A stretch of DNA of 64,000 bases from Leptospira sp. (GCA_034439575.1 JAWXAQ010000033.1:192001-256000), one strand, 5' to 3'; positions 41,701-52,240 are shown, counted from the stretch's first letter. Made by a program: numbers and translations. The notes: generated by a model from the sequence alone, not told the origin.

Positions 41701-42975
41701 TTAGTTCATATAACTACTGTACAATATTGAGTTGCAGTATTTGCCTTTTGCATTCGAATTTATAATTAATACATAATCGGCATTGGAAGGTGTGGCAAAC
41801 ATTCGTCCATTCGGTCCTAGTTTTAAAGGCATCCATTTGTCAGTACCTGTAATACCTTGAGTATATAAGGTAGAGCCAAGAGTTTCTGAATTAAATTCCA
41901 AGACAGAATCATCGTTACTCGGAGAATGATAAATTTTCCCACTTGGTGCAAGAGATCCACCAAACCAACGTTGCGATCCAGTAGTAGGAGCAAGAATAAG
42001 TGATACCGAATCATCAGTTGGATTTAAGGATAAATAATAAGGATTATTTGAAAGGGGTGTGGCATAAAGTCTTCCATCTATACCGAGATTAAACCCACTC
42101 CATTTCAAACTACCGGTGAAAGGAGATGGAATCGTATAAATACTGTTATCTGCAGGATTGATAACTAATACTGAATTTTCTATTCCTGGGGCACCATAAA
42201 TTTTTCCATTGGGGGCGAGTGAACCACCGATCCATTTGAAATTTCCAGATTTCGGTGAAGGAATTGTTGTTGTCGAACCGGTTGCAGGATCAAGAACAAG
42301 TATCGTTTCGGCCGTTCCAGGCAAATAATATATTTTTCCGTTAGGTGCAAGAATTCCTCGCATCCATTTTTTATCTTCACTATTTGTTGGATAGGTAAGA
42401 CTTGAAAAATTACCAGTACTGGGCTCAAAAACAAGAATGATATTTGTACTTGATCCGTATGGCAAAGAATATATTTTTCCATCCAAAGCAAGAACCCCTC
42501 CAAAATGTGTCCCAGTAAATTGAGAAGGAACTGTAAGTTTTGAAATAGTGGAATGAAATGGATCCACCATCAACATAAATGGAACAGCAGATGGCATAGC
42601 ATAAAGAAATCCATTCTTAGCAAGCGTTAGTGGGCCCCATTTTTCAGATCCTAATTCATTCGTTTGGATATGCGATATAGTGATCGGATCATTTCCTAAA
42701 CTTGCTTGTTTGATCAATTCTGCTTGAACTAGAGGCCAATTTTCTGGTTGGATGACTTCGGATTGCGTTAAATCACATGCCGTGCGATTTAATTTCTGCG
42801 GAGCTAAATTAAATCCGCAATGTGGAGACAATTCATTTCTATTTAATTTAAAGAGGATGGTTTTATAAAAATCAATTGTTCCTGTTTCACAGATATTTGA
42901 TGGATTGATTTTTGAACAATGAGCAAAAGAGAGAATTAGTATTAATACGAGGAATTGAATAGAATGGGAAAGCAT
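41701..42975 (-). CDS. Putative lipoprotein with seven ~43-aa repeats (beta-propeller)
   Basis: Spirochaete-type lipobox SFAHC; seven KW-x-G-x-x-LAPNGKIY-x-x-P-like repeats. Confidence 0.78.
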   Translation of the reverse strand: MLSHSIQFLVLILILSFAHCSKINPSNICETGTIDFYKTILFKLNRNELSPHCGFNLAPQKLNRTACDLTQSEVIQPENWPLVQAELIKQASLGNDPITISHIQTNELGSEKWGPLTLAKNGFLYAMPSAVPFMLMVDPFHSTISKLTVPSQFTGTHFGGVLALDGKIYSLPYGSSTNIILVFEPSTGNFSSLTYPTNSEDKKWMRGILAPNGKIYYLPGTAETILVLDPATGSTTTIPSPKSGNFKWIGGSLAPNGKIYGAPGIENSVLVINPADNSIYTIPSPFTGSLKWSGFNLGIDGRLYATPLSNNPYYLSLNPTDDSVSLILAPTTGSQRWFGGSLAPSGKIYHSPSNDDSVLEFNSETLGSTLYTQGITGTDKWMPLKLGPNGRMFATPSNADYVLIINSNAKGKYCNSILYSSYMN

Positions 42976-43461
42976 GATCGGTTAATTCAAATCTTTCGAT
43001 CCAAGTATTCTTCGCAAGTAGAATCTCGATTCGACAATAATAGGGAATTCAAGTTTGTTCAATTTTTTTTATTTAGCATTTTTTCTAAAAGATTATAAAG
43101 AATTATTTTTAATTCGCTTTATAATGAAAAGTTCGCTACGCCAAAAAAAATACCATATGCGGATGTATATGTAAATGTATGGATACAAAAATTGAATTTT
43201 ACTTACATAGGTATGCTTTGTAAATATAAATATAAGAATATGTTAATATATAAATATAATAGAGCTACTGTTGTCATATGGGATATGAATTTAATTTGAT
43301 TCAAAATGCAGACAGTATAGATTTTAAATTCCAAATTTAAAACCGAAACAAAAAAATGGATGTTCTGCCGAATTCTTTAAGTAATCCGTTTAATTTTCTA
43401 ATGGATAAAATCGCTAATTTTTTGATTCGGCAAATGAGAAATATAGAAAGAAATTGGATTT

Positions 43462-43950
43462 ATGGCAAATAGGAAAATTGAATACTCGATTCATGCACTA
43501 TGGAAATTTTTAAAGGATTCTTTTGGAATGGAAGAGGCCTTTCGAATGTTTGGACCGTATCGCGGTGCAAATGTAATTCCAAAGGAAATTGATAAAAATA
43601 CCTTTGAAGTAGAAATGCCCCTTGTGCTTGGCAATACCAATTACGTGGGAACTCATTTCGGTGGTTCATTATATTCTATGTGTGATCCTTTTTACATGTT
43701 CATCTTAATGAAAAATTTAGGTGAGGACTATATTATTTGGGACAAAAGTGCAAACATTCAATTTTTGAAACCTGGACGAGGAACTGTTAAAGTTCGTTTT
43801 CATATTCCAGACGATGAAATCGAAGAAATAAGAACTTACGTTGCGATTCACCGTAAAACAACGAGAAATTATCTTGCAGAAGTATATGATTTCGATGGCA
43901 CCCTTGTTGCCAAAGTAGAAAAGGAATTGTATATACGAAAAGTAAGTTGA
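43462..43950 (+). CDS. DUF4442/YiiD-like hotdog-fold (thioesterase-like) protein
   Basis: NTNYVGTHFGGSLYSMCDPFYM...IWDKSANIQFLKPG. Confidence 0.85.
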   Translation: MANRKIEYSIHALWKFLKDSFGMEEAFRMFGPYRGANVIPKEIDKNTFEVEMPLVLGNTNYVGTHFGGSLYSMCDPFYMFILMKNLGEDYIIWDKSANIQFLKPGRGTVKVRFHIPDDEIEEIRTYVAIHRKTTRNYLAEVYDFDGTLVAKVEKELYIRKVS

Positions 43951-43982
43951 TTATGATAAAATTTTAGTGGGGATAAAATTAA

Positions 43983-44801
43983 TTAGAATCTTCGTAAAAC
44001 AGGCGTTCCGTAGGGATACTCCTCTAATAGATGTTCAATGAAACCTAGGTATGTAAACCATCCATTTTTGCCGCGAGAATTAGGAGCCTTTTCTATATGC
44101 ATTTCCTGAGCTGGCATAAAACTAAAACCGATTAAATACAAATCAGGTTCATTGCTTTTTTTGGCATGGTCAAGTATGATTGATACATGACCTATCCCGC
44201 CAGTTTCATTTTGAACAAATAGATCACCAGGTCTTAGTTGTGTTTTATTTATAGACCCGGCACCTTTTTTTAAAGAATACGAATTGGAAGATGCAAAAGA
44301 TTTGCGTAAATATTTTTGGTAAGTAAGTTTTGAATTTTTAAAATAAAATTTATCGCCTGAATACTTAAACAAATACAGATCATTTAGTTTATTTGAATCT
44401 TTATGAAAATCTGCCCATAAACGCATTGTGAAATCAGCACATTGTTCTAAATCATCAGAAAATAGTAATTCTTTGTCAATTGTGCCAAGGCTATTGTATC
44501 TTGAACTCAAATTTACTTTGTTATGTGAAAGAATAGAATGGTTTGATTTTAGGGGTAATTTTTGAAGGTACTGAGAAAAACTTCCGTTCTCATATTTGAC
44601 TCTCAAATATCCATTCGGTAAATCTAATTCATTGATTTCTTTTGCATTCAAAGAATTAGAAATTGAAATAATAAGTAAGAGTATTGGTATATAAAAATAT
44701 TCTATTATTTTGATACTGCAAATAGTGGAAGTTTTCTGAATCGATATAGTAAACGTATTGGCAAAAAAAATGAATTCAAATTCGAAAAATTGCCGAATCA
44801 T
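43983..44801 (-). CDS. DUF4846-like exported protein (start uncertain)
   Basis: LPNGYLR, LQKLPLK, DLEQCAD..MRLWA, PGDLF...GHV and SFMPAQEMHI motifs. Confidence 0.72.
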   Translation of the reverse strand: MIRQFFEFEFIFFANTFTISIQKTSTICSIKIIEYFYIPILLLIISISNSLNAKEINELDLPNGYLRVKYENGSFSQYLQKLPLKSNHSILSHNKVNLSSRYNSLGTIDKELLFSDDLEQCADFTMRLWADFHKDSNKLNDLYLFKYSGDKFYFKNSKLTYQKYLRKSFASSNSYSLKKGAGSINKTQLRPGDLFVQNETGGIGHVSIILDHAKKSNEPDLYLIGFSFMPAQEMHIEKAPNSRGKNGWFTYLGFIEHLLEEYPYGTPVLRRF

Positions 44802-45432
44802 CTTCTTCTTCCTTCAAATCATAATATCCGTAGACAAAGGAAGTGCTTGCTTTTACTTCGAGCCCATAAAAATACTCTGAAATTCTTCCAGACTTCGTTA
44901 CTTGTAATTTATATTCCTCTGCAAGAAAGATCATTTTATCCAAAGATATCTTTTCATTGATCCTTGGACCGAAACCAGATTCAGTTTTTGCCCAATCAAC
45001 AATAAATAGGCGACCTCCTGGTTTCATAGACCTTATCAATCCATCCATGGCAAGACCTGGGTTCGGGAATGTAGAAAGTGAGAGTGAGGCAAAAATTATT
45101 TCAGGGACTGGAATCCATTCGGGTAATAGGGGATGGTCAGATTGATCAATATAAAAAGGTGTTAGGTTGTCTAAACCTTCTAAAAGTTTACGGCGTAAGA
45201 TCATATCGATGATATCTTGTTGGCATTCGCCGGCCCAAATCCAGACATTCGGAAACCATTTACGAAACTCTGTAAAATAAAATCCAAGACCTGAGCCGAA
45301 ATCTACGATATTGGTCAACCCTTTCCAATTGAAGAATTTATACACTTCTTCCGGGTCACAGACTTCCTTTCTATGACTAGATATTAGATATTCTTGGTAT
45401 TTGAGGGAACGGTAGTATTCCGTTTCTGACAT
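44776..45432 (-). CDS. Class I SAM-dependent methyltransferase
   Basis: IVDFGSGLG motif I and MKPGGRLFIVDW; ATG at 45432. Confidence 0.82.
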   Translation of the reverse strand: MSETEYYRSLKYQEYLISSHRKEVCDPEEVYKFFNWKGLTNIVDFGSGLGFYFTEFRKWFPNVWIWAGECQQDIIDMILRRKLLEGLDNLTPFYIDQSDHPLLPEWIPVPEIIFASLSLSTFPNPGLAMDGLIRSMKPGGRLFIVDWAKTESGFGPRINEKISLDKMIFLAEEYKLQVTKSGRISEYFYGLEVKASTSFVYGYYDLKEEEDDSAIFRI

Positions 45433-45512
45433 AATTACAAAATTAGGAAATTGCTTAAGGAAGTACAATAGAAAAATTCAATTCAGGGAGTCTCGTTACC
45501 GAAAATGAATGT

Positions 45513-47195
45513 ATGGTACTCTCATGGAAAAGATGGATTTCATTTGGTTCAATGTTTCTTTTTTTACAAACATTGTCAGCAGATACCAATTTTGACGAAG
45601 GAAAATACCCTTCGATTCCTAAATCGATTCGTTCAACTGTACTAACTGATAAAAAATCAGCGATTGTTTCTTGGGAACCACCAAAAGAAGAAGGTGAAAT
45701 CATAATCGCTCGCTCAAATTCTGTGATAGATACACCAGAAAAATTATACATAGCTGACTCACTCGGAAGATACAAGTCAGGTGGTCCAAATGGTGCAAAA
45801 TCATATTATGACTATAATTTAAAACCTGGAACTTATTATTATGCTGTCGCTTTAGTATCTGACGTTCGCAAAAGAGAAGTTAAATTATTCTCAAGTCAAA
45901 ATTATACCGTGATACCAGTGACTATCGAAGATACAGATGGATCACCAGCTGTGGCTGTGAATCCCATATTCGAAGATGGATTCTCAAAGCCAGCTGGATC
46001 AGTTTCAAATATTCATATATCTTTGGAGAGAAATAACATTCGCCTAGATTGGACAGCTCCCGCGCAGGCAACTGCTGGTAGAACAATTTATACGATATAT
46101 AGATCTACGAGTCCACTCACAACATTGCCATTAATGCAAAAAGCCGACAAACTAGCAGAAGTTGGACATCCCACAATAAGTTTTTTGGATCAAAGTTTAG
46201 AAAAATCACAAACATTGTATTATGGTGTTTCTGTCAAAGAAGGAAAAGGTGAGGAGTCTCTCCCATTAGTAGATAAACAATCAACACTTAGAATTTTTTA
46301 TGTAAAAAAAACAAATACGAATTCGGCGGAAGTGATCGCTGATGATTCAGGTTCTGGTGATAAAACAAACAAACCTGCCGTAGTTGTGCCTGCCGATCCG
46401 CCTGGAACTCTTCATGTAAGAGGAGTAGGTTATGAAAGAGTAGGGAAGGGTGTCGTAATGAGCTGGTTATCACCAGACGGGGCAGATGAATCCGTTGTCT
46501 ATTCTGTTTATGCATCAACTAAACCATTAAACCAAGGAACAGGTTCATTTGGGTCAGCTAATGCAGTTAAGGTTGCGTCTATAAATCACCCAAAGACAAA
46601 TTTTTATATCAAAGAATTGAAACCCATGGATGAATTGTATTTTGGTATCACTGCAAAATCGAATGCTATATCTGAAGATTATAATTTAAAAGAAAATGTT
46701 TCCTATTTTCGTTTTCATTTTGATAAGGATTTAGAAGCTCCCAAAGAATCTGAATTGGTTAAGGAAGATACAACACCTACAAATAATACTCAGAAAATTG
46801 AAGAACCAAAATTAAATAACCAACATTCGGTGGTTCCAGCTGAGATTCGCATTTCTGAAGAAGATGGCCTGAAAGATACAGACTCTGGAGAAATCCCTTC
46901 CACAGTTAGTTATGAACTTTCAGAGACACTTTTGAATAAAATTATCAAAGAAACAATTCTACGAAAAAAATTTGAATTAGCTGCGGATAGACTTGAGCAA
47001 TTTATTTCCAATGAAAAAAATACGTATTTAATCGGGAAAGCATATTTATATTTAGGTGTCAGTTATATGAAATTAGGTGAATCAAAAAAGGCTCTGAGAT
47101 ATTTTTTGAAACGGGAAACTAAAGCGTATTCACCTGAGCGAACAGAGTTTTGGACCAACCAAACATTAGAAAAGATAGGTAGAGGTAAAGTATGA
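45513..47195 (+). CDS. Exported protein with three FN3-like repeats and C-terminal TPR
   Basis: Signal peptide; repeated VSWEPP / LDWTAP / MSWLSP...YxxYxS...YYGV/YFGI units; AYLYLGVSYMKLG TPR. Confidence 0.7.
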   Translation: MVLSWKRWISFGSMFLFLQTLSADTNFDEGKYPSIPKSIRSTVLTDKKSAIVSWEPPKEEGEIIIARSNSVIDTPEKLYIADSLGRYKSGGPNGAKSYYDYNLKPGTYYYAVALVSDVRKREVKLFSSQNYTVIPVTIEDTDGSPAVAVNPIFEDGFSKPAGSVSNIHISLERNNIRLDWTAPAQATAGRTIYTIYRSTSPLTTLPLMQKADKLAEVGHPTISFLDQSLEKSQTLYYGVSVKEGKGEESLPLVDKQSTLRIFYVKKTNTNSAEVIADDSGSGDKTNKPAVVVPADPPGTLHVRGVGYERVGKGVVMSWLSPDGADESVVYSVYASTKPLNQGTGSFGSANAVKVASINHPKTNFYIKELKPMDELYFGITAKSNAISEDYNLKENVSYFRFHFDKDLEAPKESELVKEDTTPTNNTQKIEEPKLNNQHSVVPAEIRISEEDGLKDTDSGEIPSTVSYELSETLLNKIIKETILRKKFELAADRLEQFISNEKNTYLIGKAYLYLGVSYMKLGESKKALRYFLKRETKAYSPERTEFWTNQTLEKIGRGKV

Positions 47196-48391
47196 ATCGA
47201 TCTATAGTAGCACTTGCAGGATTTTTATTTATTTGTGCAGGTTTAATCACTGCCTTCTATCAAACTTCCATTGAATCCAAACAAGATCAATCACAGAGTA
47301 TTTTAGAGAAAATTCAAGAAGGTGAAGAGTATCTAAAACAAACAAGTCCTGTTAGTAAAGAAAAAGCCGTCTCCATATTTTCAGAGTTAGCTGGAAAACA
47401 AAATTCTAGTTTATTTGAGTTTAGAATTAAATATAACCAAGCGCGCGCTTTAGAGAAAAATGGCGATCATTATCTCGCACTTGATATTTACAAAAACCTT
47501 CGCACAAAAACAGATCTTTCCCCATCAGAAAAGGATCAATTATCTTATTCTCTTGGAAATTTGTTATTAAAACTAGACCAAGAGTCTGAAGGTAAAGGCC
47601 ATCTTGAGTCAGTACTTAGAACTTCATCCGACCAAAAACTTAGATCCAAGGTTTTACAATCATTAGGTGACTTTTTATATAATCACAAACAATTCGAACC
47701 TGCACGTAAGAATTATGTTTTGGCATTGCAAGAAGATAGTAATAATACGGAAGCTAGAATCGGTTGGGGAAGAAGTCTGCGTAAACAAGGAAAAGATTGG
47801 GCATCATTTGATGTTTTTGATGAATACATAGATACAGAAAATCAATTATCTGGTGCTAATCAAAAAGTAGTCGAAGAATACAAAGATTCCGTTTATGCAC
47901 AAGCAAAACAATTGTATTCAAAAAAGACGTATTGGAAATCAATTGAACTTTTCCAAAAAGCATTAACATTGAGTCCTACTTCTGACATAGAAGAAAATTC
48001 TTACTATTATATTGGTTCCGCCTATGATGCCTTAGGTCGTATGTCTCAGTCTTTAGAATATTTGAATAAAACTCTGAATAATTCTAACTACACTTTAGAC
48101 CAAGCAGCCTTATATAAAAAAGGAACAATTTACTTTCGCCAAGGTAAATTTACTGAAGCCGCTGGCATTTTCCAAAATATAATCGATAAATATCCAAAAA
48201 ATCATATTACAGAAAAGGCGATTGCTTGGAAAAAAGAATCTTTAGATCAGTTTAAAGATGAAGATGACTTGGGCAAATCCGCGACAAATGTAGTAGATGA
48301 AGATTTGGACACAAAACAACGCAGAGGTTCTGTATCTCCATTAATGGAAAAACCGCAAGGAACTGATGCATTAAATGATCTAGATTTTTGA
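47192..48391 (+). CDS. Membrane-anchored tetratricopeptide repeat protein
   Basis: N-terminal TM; TPRs such as ALYKKGTIYFRQGKFTEAAGIFQNIIDKYP. Confidence 0.85.
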   Translation: MNRSIVALAGFLFICAGLITAFYQTSIESKQDQSQSILEKIQEGEEYLKQTSPVSKEKAVSIFSELAGKQNSSLFEFRIKYNQARALEKNGDHYLALDIYKNLRTKTDLSPSEKDQLSYSLGNLLLKLDQESEGKGHLESVLRTSSDQKLRSKVLQSLGDFLYNHKQFEPARKNYVLALQEDSNNTEARIGWGRSLRKQGKDWASFDVFDEYIDTENQLSGANQKVVEEYKDSVYAQAKQLYSKKTYWKSIELFQKALTLSPTSDIEENSYYYIGSAYDALGRMSQSLEYLNKTLNNSNYTLDQAALYKKGTIYFRQGKFTEAAGIFQNIIDKYPKNHITEKAIAWKKESLDQFKDEDDLGKSATNVVDEDLDTKQRRGSVSPLMEKPQGTDALNDLDF

Positions 48392-49354
48392 TACTAAAAA
48401 TTCGTTATCTGTTAGCTGTTCGATAGCTTCCTGTAAACCGAAAGTTTTATATAACTCGGGCACTATGTCTTTTAAGGAATGTATGTTTTCTGCATAGATA
48501 TTTGCATTTTTTCCATATAAAAATGTTGGAACCAAATTTTCTGTATGATTTTTCTGACTTAGATCCTCCAAATTTCCATGATCACTTGTAACGATAAGTG
48601 TGTCTTTTGTTGGATCCATGGTTTTTAAAATTCCAAAAAAGAATTTTTCAAGATTATCGATCACTATTTTTGCTTTATCCCAATCTTGGGCATGACCTAC
48701 TTTATCAGTCAGAAAGTACTCATAAATGCATAATTTATAGTTGCCAAACATAGTAAATACGTTTGAACCTAAAGTTTCTGGATTTCTTGGTTCTAAAATG
48801 GGATCATCTGCTGGTAAATACTCACTTGCGATTTGTTTTAAAATATCATGAGTCAAATCCATATAAAGTCCCCGACCATTGCGAAGGTCTTCCATGTTTT
48901 TTAAAGGACGATTGCTTGCTAATTGGACGAGAGTTGATGCAGAAACTAACTTTGGTTTTTCTTCCACATGTTTTAAGTAAGGCGAAGTGAAACAGTTTAA
49001 AAAGTCAGCTTTAATCTGATTTTCAGCGAGGATTTTCAAAATCGAATATTTTGAGATAATTTTACGGAGAGTAATCGTGGGAAACCCACTCACATGCCGA
49101 CCGAGTAGGGCCGCTCCATTGATGCCCGTCCAAATCGCAGTTTGGCCAGTCGCTGATTGAGGAAGGCCAGGCACGCCTAAGTGTGCATCCGTTGGAATCA
49201 CATGAAGTTTTTCACTTAAAACGGGTAAATTAGCATCTTTTAGAGGTTTTCCACCTAAAGGAGAAAAAATGCCGTTGGCATACCGAGTGAATGGATTTGT
49301 ATCGTGATTGTATTTTCCAAGTCCGATCCCATCTAAAAAAATATAAAATATCAT
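48380..49354 (-). CDS. Alkaline phosphatase-superfamily metalloenzyme (iPGM/phosphopentomutase-like)
   Basis: FLDGIG, PQSATGQT, DKVGH and TSDHGN...HT metal-binding motifs. Confidence 0.82.
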   Translation of the reverse strand: MIFYIFLDGIGLGKYNHDTNPFTRYANGIFSPLGGKPLKDANLPVLSEKLHVIPTDAHLGVPGLPQSATGQTAIWTGINGAALLGRHVSGFPTITLRKIISKYSILKILAENQIKADFLNCFTSPYLKHVEEKPKLVSASTLVQLASNRPLKNMEDLRNGRGLYMDLTHDILKQIASEYLPADDPILEPRNPETLGSNVFTMFGNYKLCIYEYFLTDKVGHAQDWDKAKIVIDNLEKFFFGILKTMDPTKDTLIVTSDHGNLEDLSQKNHTENLVPTFLYGKNANIYAENIHSLKDIVPELYKTFGLQEAIEQLTDNEFLVSKI

Positions 49355-49370
49355 TCCTCACCTTTCACTG

Positions 49371-49397
49371 TGAAATTTGGGCTTTGAACGCCGATAA
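49371..49397 (+). promoter_or_regulatory. Putative sigma28 (FliA) promoter
   Basis: TGAA-N15-GCCGATAA with a perfect -10 box, 8 nt before the ATG at 49406. Confidence 0.55.
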
Positions 49398-49405
49398 TAA
49401 TAGAG

Positions 49406-52240
49406 ATGAAATGGAAAATAAATTCAGTCGGACTTTTCGTTATTTTCCTATTTTGTACTTTCCTCATAGGTTCTTTGGTAATTGGTTTTGAAACTCTAGT
49501 CAATGGAAAGTTTAAAAAAGATCAATTTTTGGAAGCGATTCATAAACAGTTTTTAGATGATAGGATCCAATTTTACTCGCAACTCGAATTCACTTTGAGA
49601 TCGGAGGAGCTACCATATTATGGAAGTAATGTGGGGAATTCAATAAAAAACAAATTGAAGTTAAATTCAATTAAAATTTACGATAAAACGTTTAGACTTT
49701 TATATTCAAGTGAGCCTACAAAAGAAGTCTTTCAATCCGAATTGAGACATGATGAATCCATCATAAGTCCTGGAGAGGGTCGAAAATTAATCACAGGCGA
49801 TAACGCCTATCGTTCTATAGATGGAAATTTCTATTTTGTTTTTCCTTTTCCTTATACTCCAAGACCACTTCTTATTAATCCAAATTTAGAATACGGTTTT
49901 AACTATTGGCTATTTGATAAAGATACTGGATCAATTTATTTTACAAATGATATCCACCTATTAACTGGCGACAAGGAACCAAAGGAATTATTGGATTTAT
50001 TTAAAGACAAAAATAATCAAGAAATTTCTTGGAAAATAGATGGAGAAAATGGCATACTGCATCGTATCGATACTAAAGAATATTCTGTTTATCTGATAGA
50101 ATACAGTAATTTTTTCTCAAAACAAAATATATCAAAATTTATTCTCATATCCTTCCTCACCTTTGTGGTTTTTTGTTTTTTTAAATTAATTTTTGAAATT
50201 AGAAAAAAGAACGGAATCTCGATATCACATTCAAATCGGATTGGAGTTATTTGTTTTTTGATGTTATTGGTTTTTTATACTGGAGTTACAAGTTTATTAC
50301 CTGATTTTAGATACTATAAAGATTGGACTAAAATGCGATGGAGCCAATCAGAATTCCTCCTAGAAAAATTAGAAAAAAATATATTAGATCAAATTTCATC
50401 CAGTGATACTCAGGAAGAAATATATAATAAAAATTTTGATCCCATCGTTAAAGAAATTTATTTTTGGAAAAATTCAGACTCAACTTCTCTTTTAATCAAT
50501 CGGTTTTCCATAGAGATACATTCTTTCTTAGTTAAAATAAATGAACTTGAAACGTCTCAACTCTTGGAATCAAATTCGGAATATATTTTTATCATACCTA
50601 TTCGAAATGCGGGAGAAAAAAAATCTTATGTGATTTTGGTTCTAGACCCGCAATTGTTTGCTGCAAAAAAATCAAAAGACAAAGACGAGTTTTATTTCAT
50701 CAATTCAAGATATCGACTATCGGACGATAGGTCAAAAGAAAGATTTCAGATCCATCCTAAACATTGGGAAAAAACTATTTTAAATGCAGCATCACATTTG
50801 TATTCAGGGATCACAAATTTTTCTCTGTTAGGAGTGCCGTTTCAAACATATTTTTATTCGAGTGAAATAAAGAATGCAGCGATTACAAATGGCCTGTTTG
50901 TATTTAAAGCAGATAACACATCACCTATTCTCGTTTATATTTCATTTTTTACGTTTATTCCTTTTTTGTTTCTCAATTTTTATTCCAAATTCTTATCAAA
51001 TCGCAAAAGGCAAATGATATCAGAAATCACTGTTTTGGAAAATATTGCACCGAGCCTTACCTCAAATGAAGTATCCATTGATACCGTAAAAGATGATGAA
51101 AAAATTGTAACTAGCTTCTTTGAGGAAAATCCACCGCCTGAAGAAGCGATTGCAGAAACTCCAATACCTATTGAAATTGGTGAAGTCCTTGTGAAAAAAA
51201 ATATTCATCAATATTTGCCTCCTAGTCTTTGGAAGTCTGCCCTATCCCCAATCCCAAAAGAGATACAGCAGAAGAGGGATTCTATTTTTAATTTGGAATT
51301 AAAATCTCTAGTAAACCAAGTAACAACGTCTGATGTTAGTATTGGCCGTCGGCAATCTGATCTAAAAAAAGAATCACCTGTTTGGAATATACCAGAAGAA
51401 AAGAAATTTGAATATTCTATGTTGGACCGCGTATACCGAGGTGATGAAGTTTCGCTTGATGGCATAGTTGAATATACAAAAAATTTCATCCAACGATTAG
51501 GTTCTCCCAGATTTTCATTTTTATTTTTAAATGATACGATAGGTTCTTATCATAGCCAGATCTCTTTTGGTTTGGATTATAATACAAGATCAAATCTTAT
51601 TTTTTTATACAATGATCCTTTTTTACAATTCAATGAGAATGGATTTGCCTCAGTTGATATAACTGAAAAAGTAAAACTAGATAAGTTTATCTCTAAAAAA
51701 TTCTCTTGGGAAATTTTGGCTCAAATTGAAACGATACTCGCTTTTAATTTAGAAAAATTTGGCTTTCCTGGTTTGTTTCTGATTCTACTCGATAAACAAG
51801 AAAAAGAAAAATTTGTCGAATCTCATAAAAGAATGATTGGTGAAAAACTAAAACATATAGTTCCCGCCTTGCACGTATTAATGGAAAAGGAAGATAAAAC
51901 TCCTGATCTTTTCGAAGACAGTCTTTCTTGGATGGTGCGTTCATTTTTACAGGCAACATTGGGCGGAAAAAGAAATGCATATGTAACGCATATTTTATGG
52001 GAAAATTATCATCCAACAGATGCGAATGAAGAAAAAAAAGCAGAGATGTTACATCAAGTCACAAAAATTGTAGAAAGTAAAGATCGTGTGATTGAAAATT
52101 CTCCGAATGCTTTTTTACTGATCAGTGAAAAAGATCTTAAAGAACCTCTAGAAAAATTACTTAAACTTTATCCTTTCCCGTATGACGCAAAGTATATGAA
52201 GTACCCAGATGATGGCGAAAATTATTATTTATATCTCTAA
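49406..52240 (+). CDS. Large membrane protein, two extracytoplasmic regions plus a cytoplasmic GAF-like/degenerate GGDEF-like tail
   Basis: Four hydrophobic segments; C-terminal SFLFLND...SFGLD (GAF-like) and terminal KYPDDG resembling the GGDEF C-terminal strand. Confidence 0.6.
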   Translation: MKWKINSVGLFVIFLFCTFLIGSLVIGFETLVNGKFKKDQFLEAIHKQFLDDRIQFYSQLEFTLRSEELPYYGSNVGNSIKNKLKLNSIKIYDKTFRLLYSSEPTKEVFQSELRHDESIISPGEGRKLITGDNAYRSIDGNFYFVFPFPYTPRPLLINPNLEYGFNYWLFDKDTGSIYFTNDIHLLTGDKEPKELLDLFKDKNNQEISWKIDGENGILHRIDTKEYSVYLIEYSNFFSKQNISKFILISFLTFVVFCFFKLIFEIRKKNGISISHSNRIGVICFLMLLVFYTGVTSLLPDFRYYKDWTKMRWSQSEFLLEKLEKNILDQISSSDTQEEIYNKNFDPIVKEIYFWKNSDSTSLLINRFSIEIHSFLVKINELETSQLLESNSEYIFIIPIRNAGEKKSYVILVLDPQLFAAKKSKDKDEFYFINSRYRLSDDRSKERFQIHPKHWEKTILNAASHLYSGITNFSLLGVPFQTYFYSSEIKNAAITNGLFVFKADNTSPILVYISFFTFIPFLFLNFYSKFLSNRKRQMISEITVLENIAPSLTSNEVSIDTVKDDEKIVTSFFEENPPPEEAIAETPIPIEIGEVLVKKNIHQYLPPSLWKSALSPIPKEIQQKRDSIFNLELKSLVNQVTTSDVSIGRRQSDLKKESPVWNIPEEKKFEYSMLDRVYRGDEVSLDGIVEYTKNFIQRLGSPRFSFLFLNDTIGSYHSQISFGLDYNTRSNLIFLYNDPFLQFNENGFASVDITEKVKLDKFISKKFSWEILAQIETILAFNLEKFGFPGLFLILLDKQEKEKFVESHKRMIGEKLKHIVPALHVLMEKEDKTPDLFEDSLSWMVRSFLQATLGGKRNAYVTHILWENYHPTDANEEKKAEMLHQVTKIVESKDRVIENSPNAFLLISEKDLKEPLEKLLKLYPFPYDAKYMKYPDDGENYYLYL

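Noticed and set aside
45478..45505. TCAA-N16-ACCGAAAA as another sigma28 promoter
   Set aside because: Two mismatches in the -10 box and off spacing; too weak to call.
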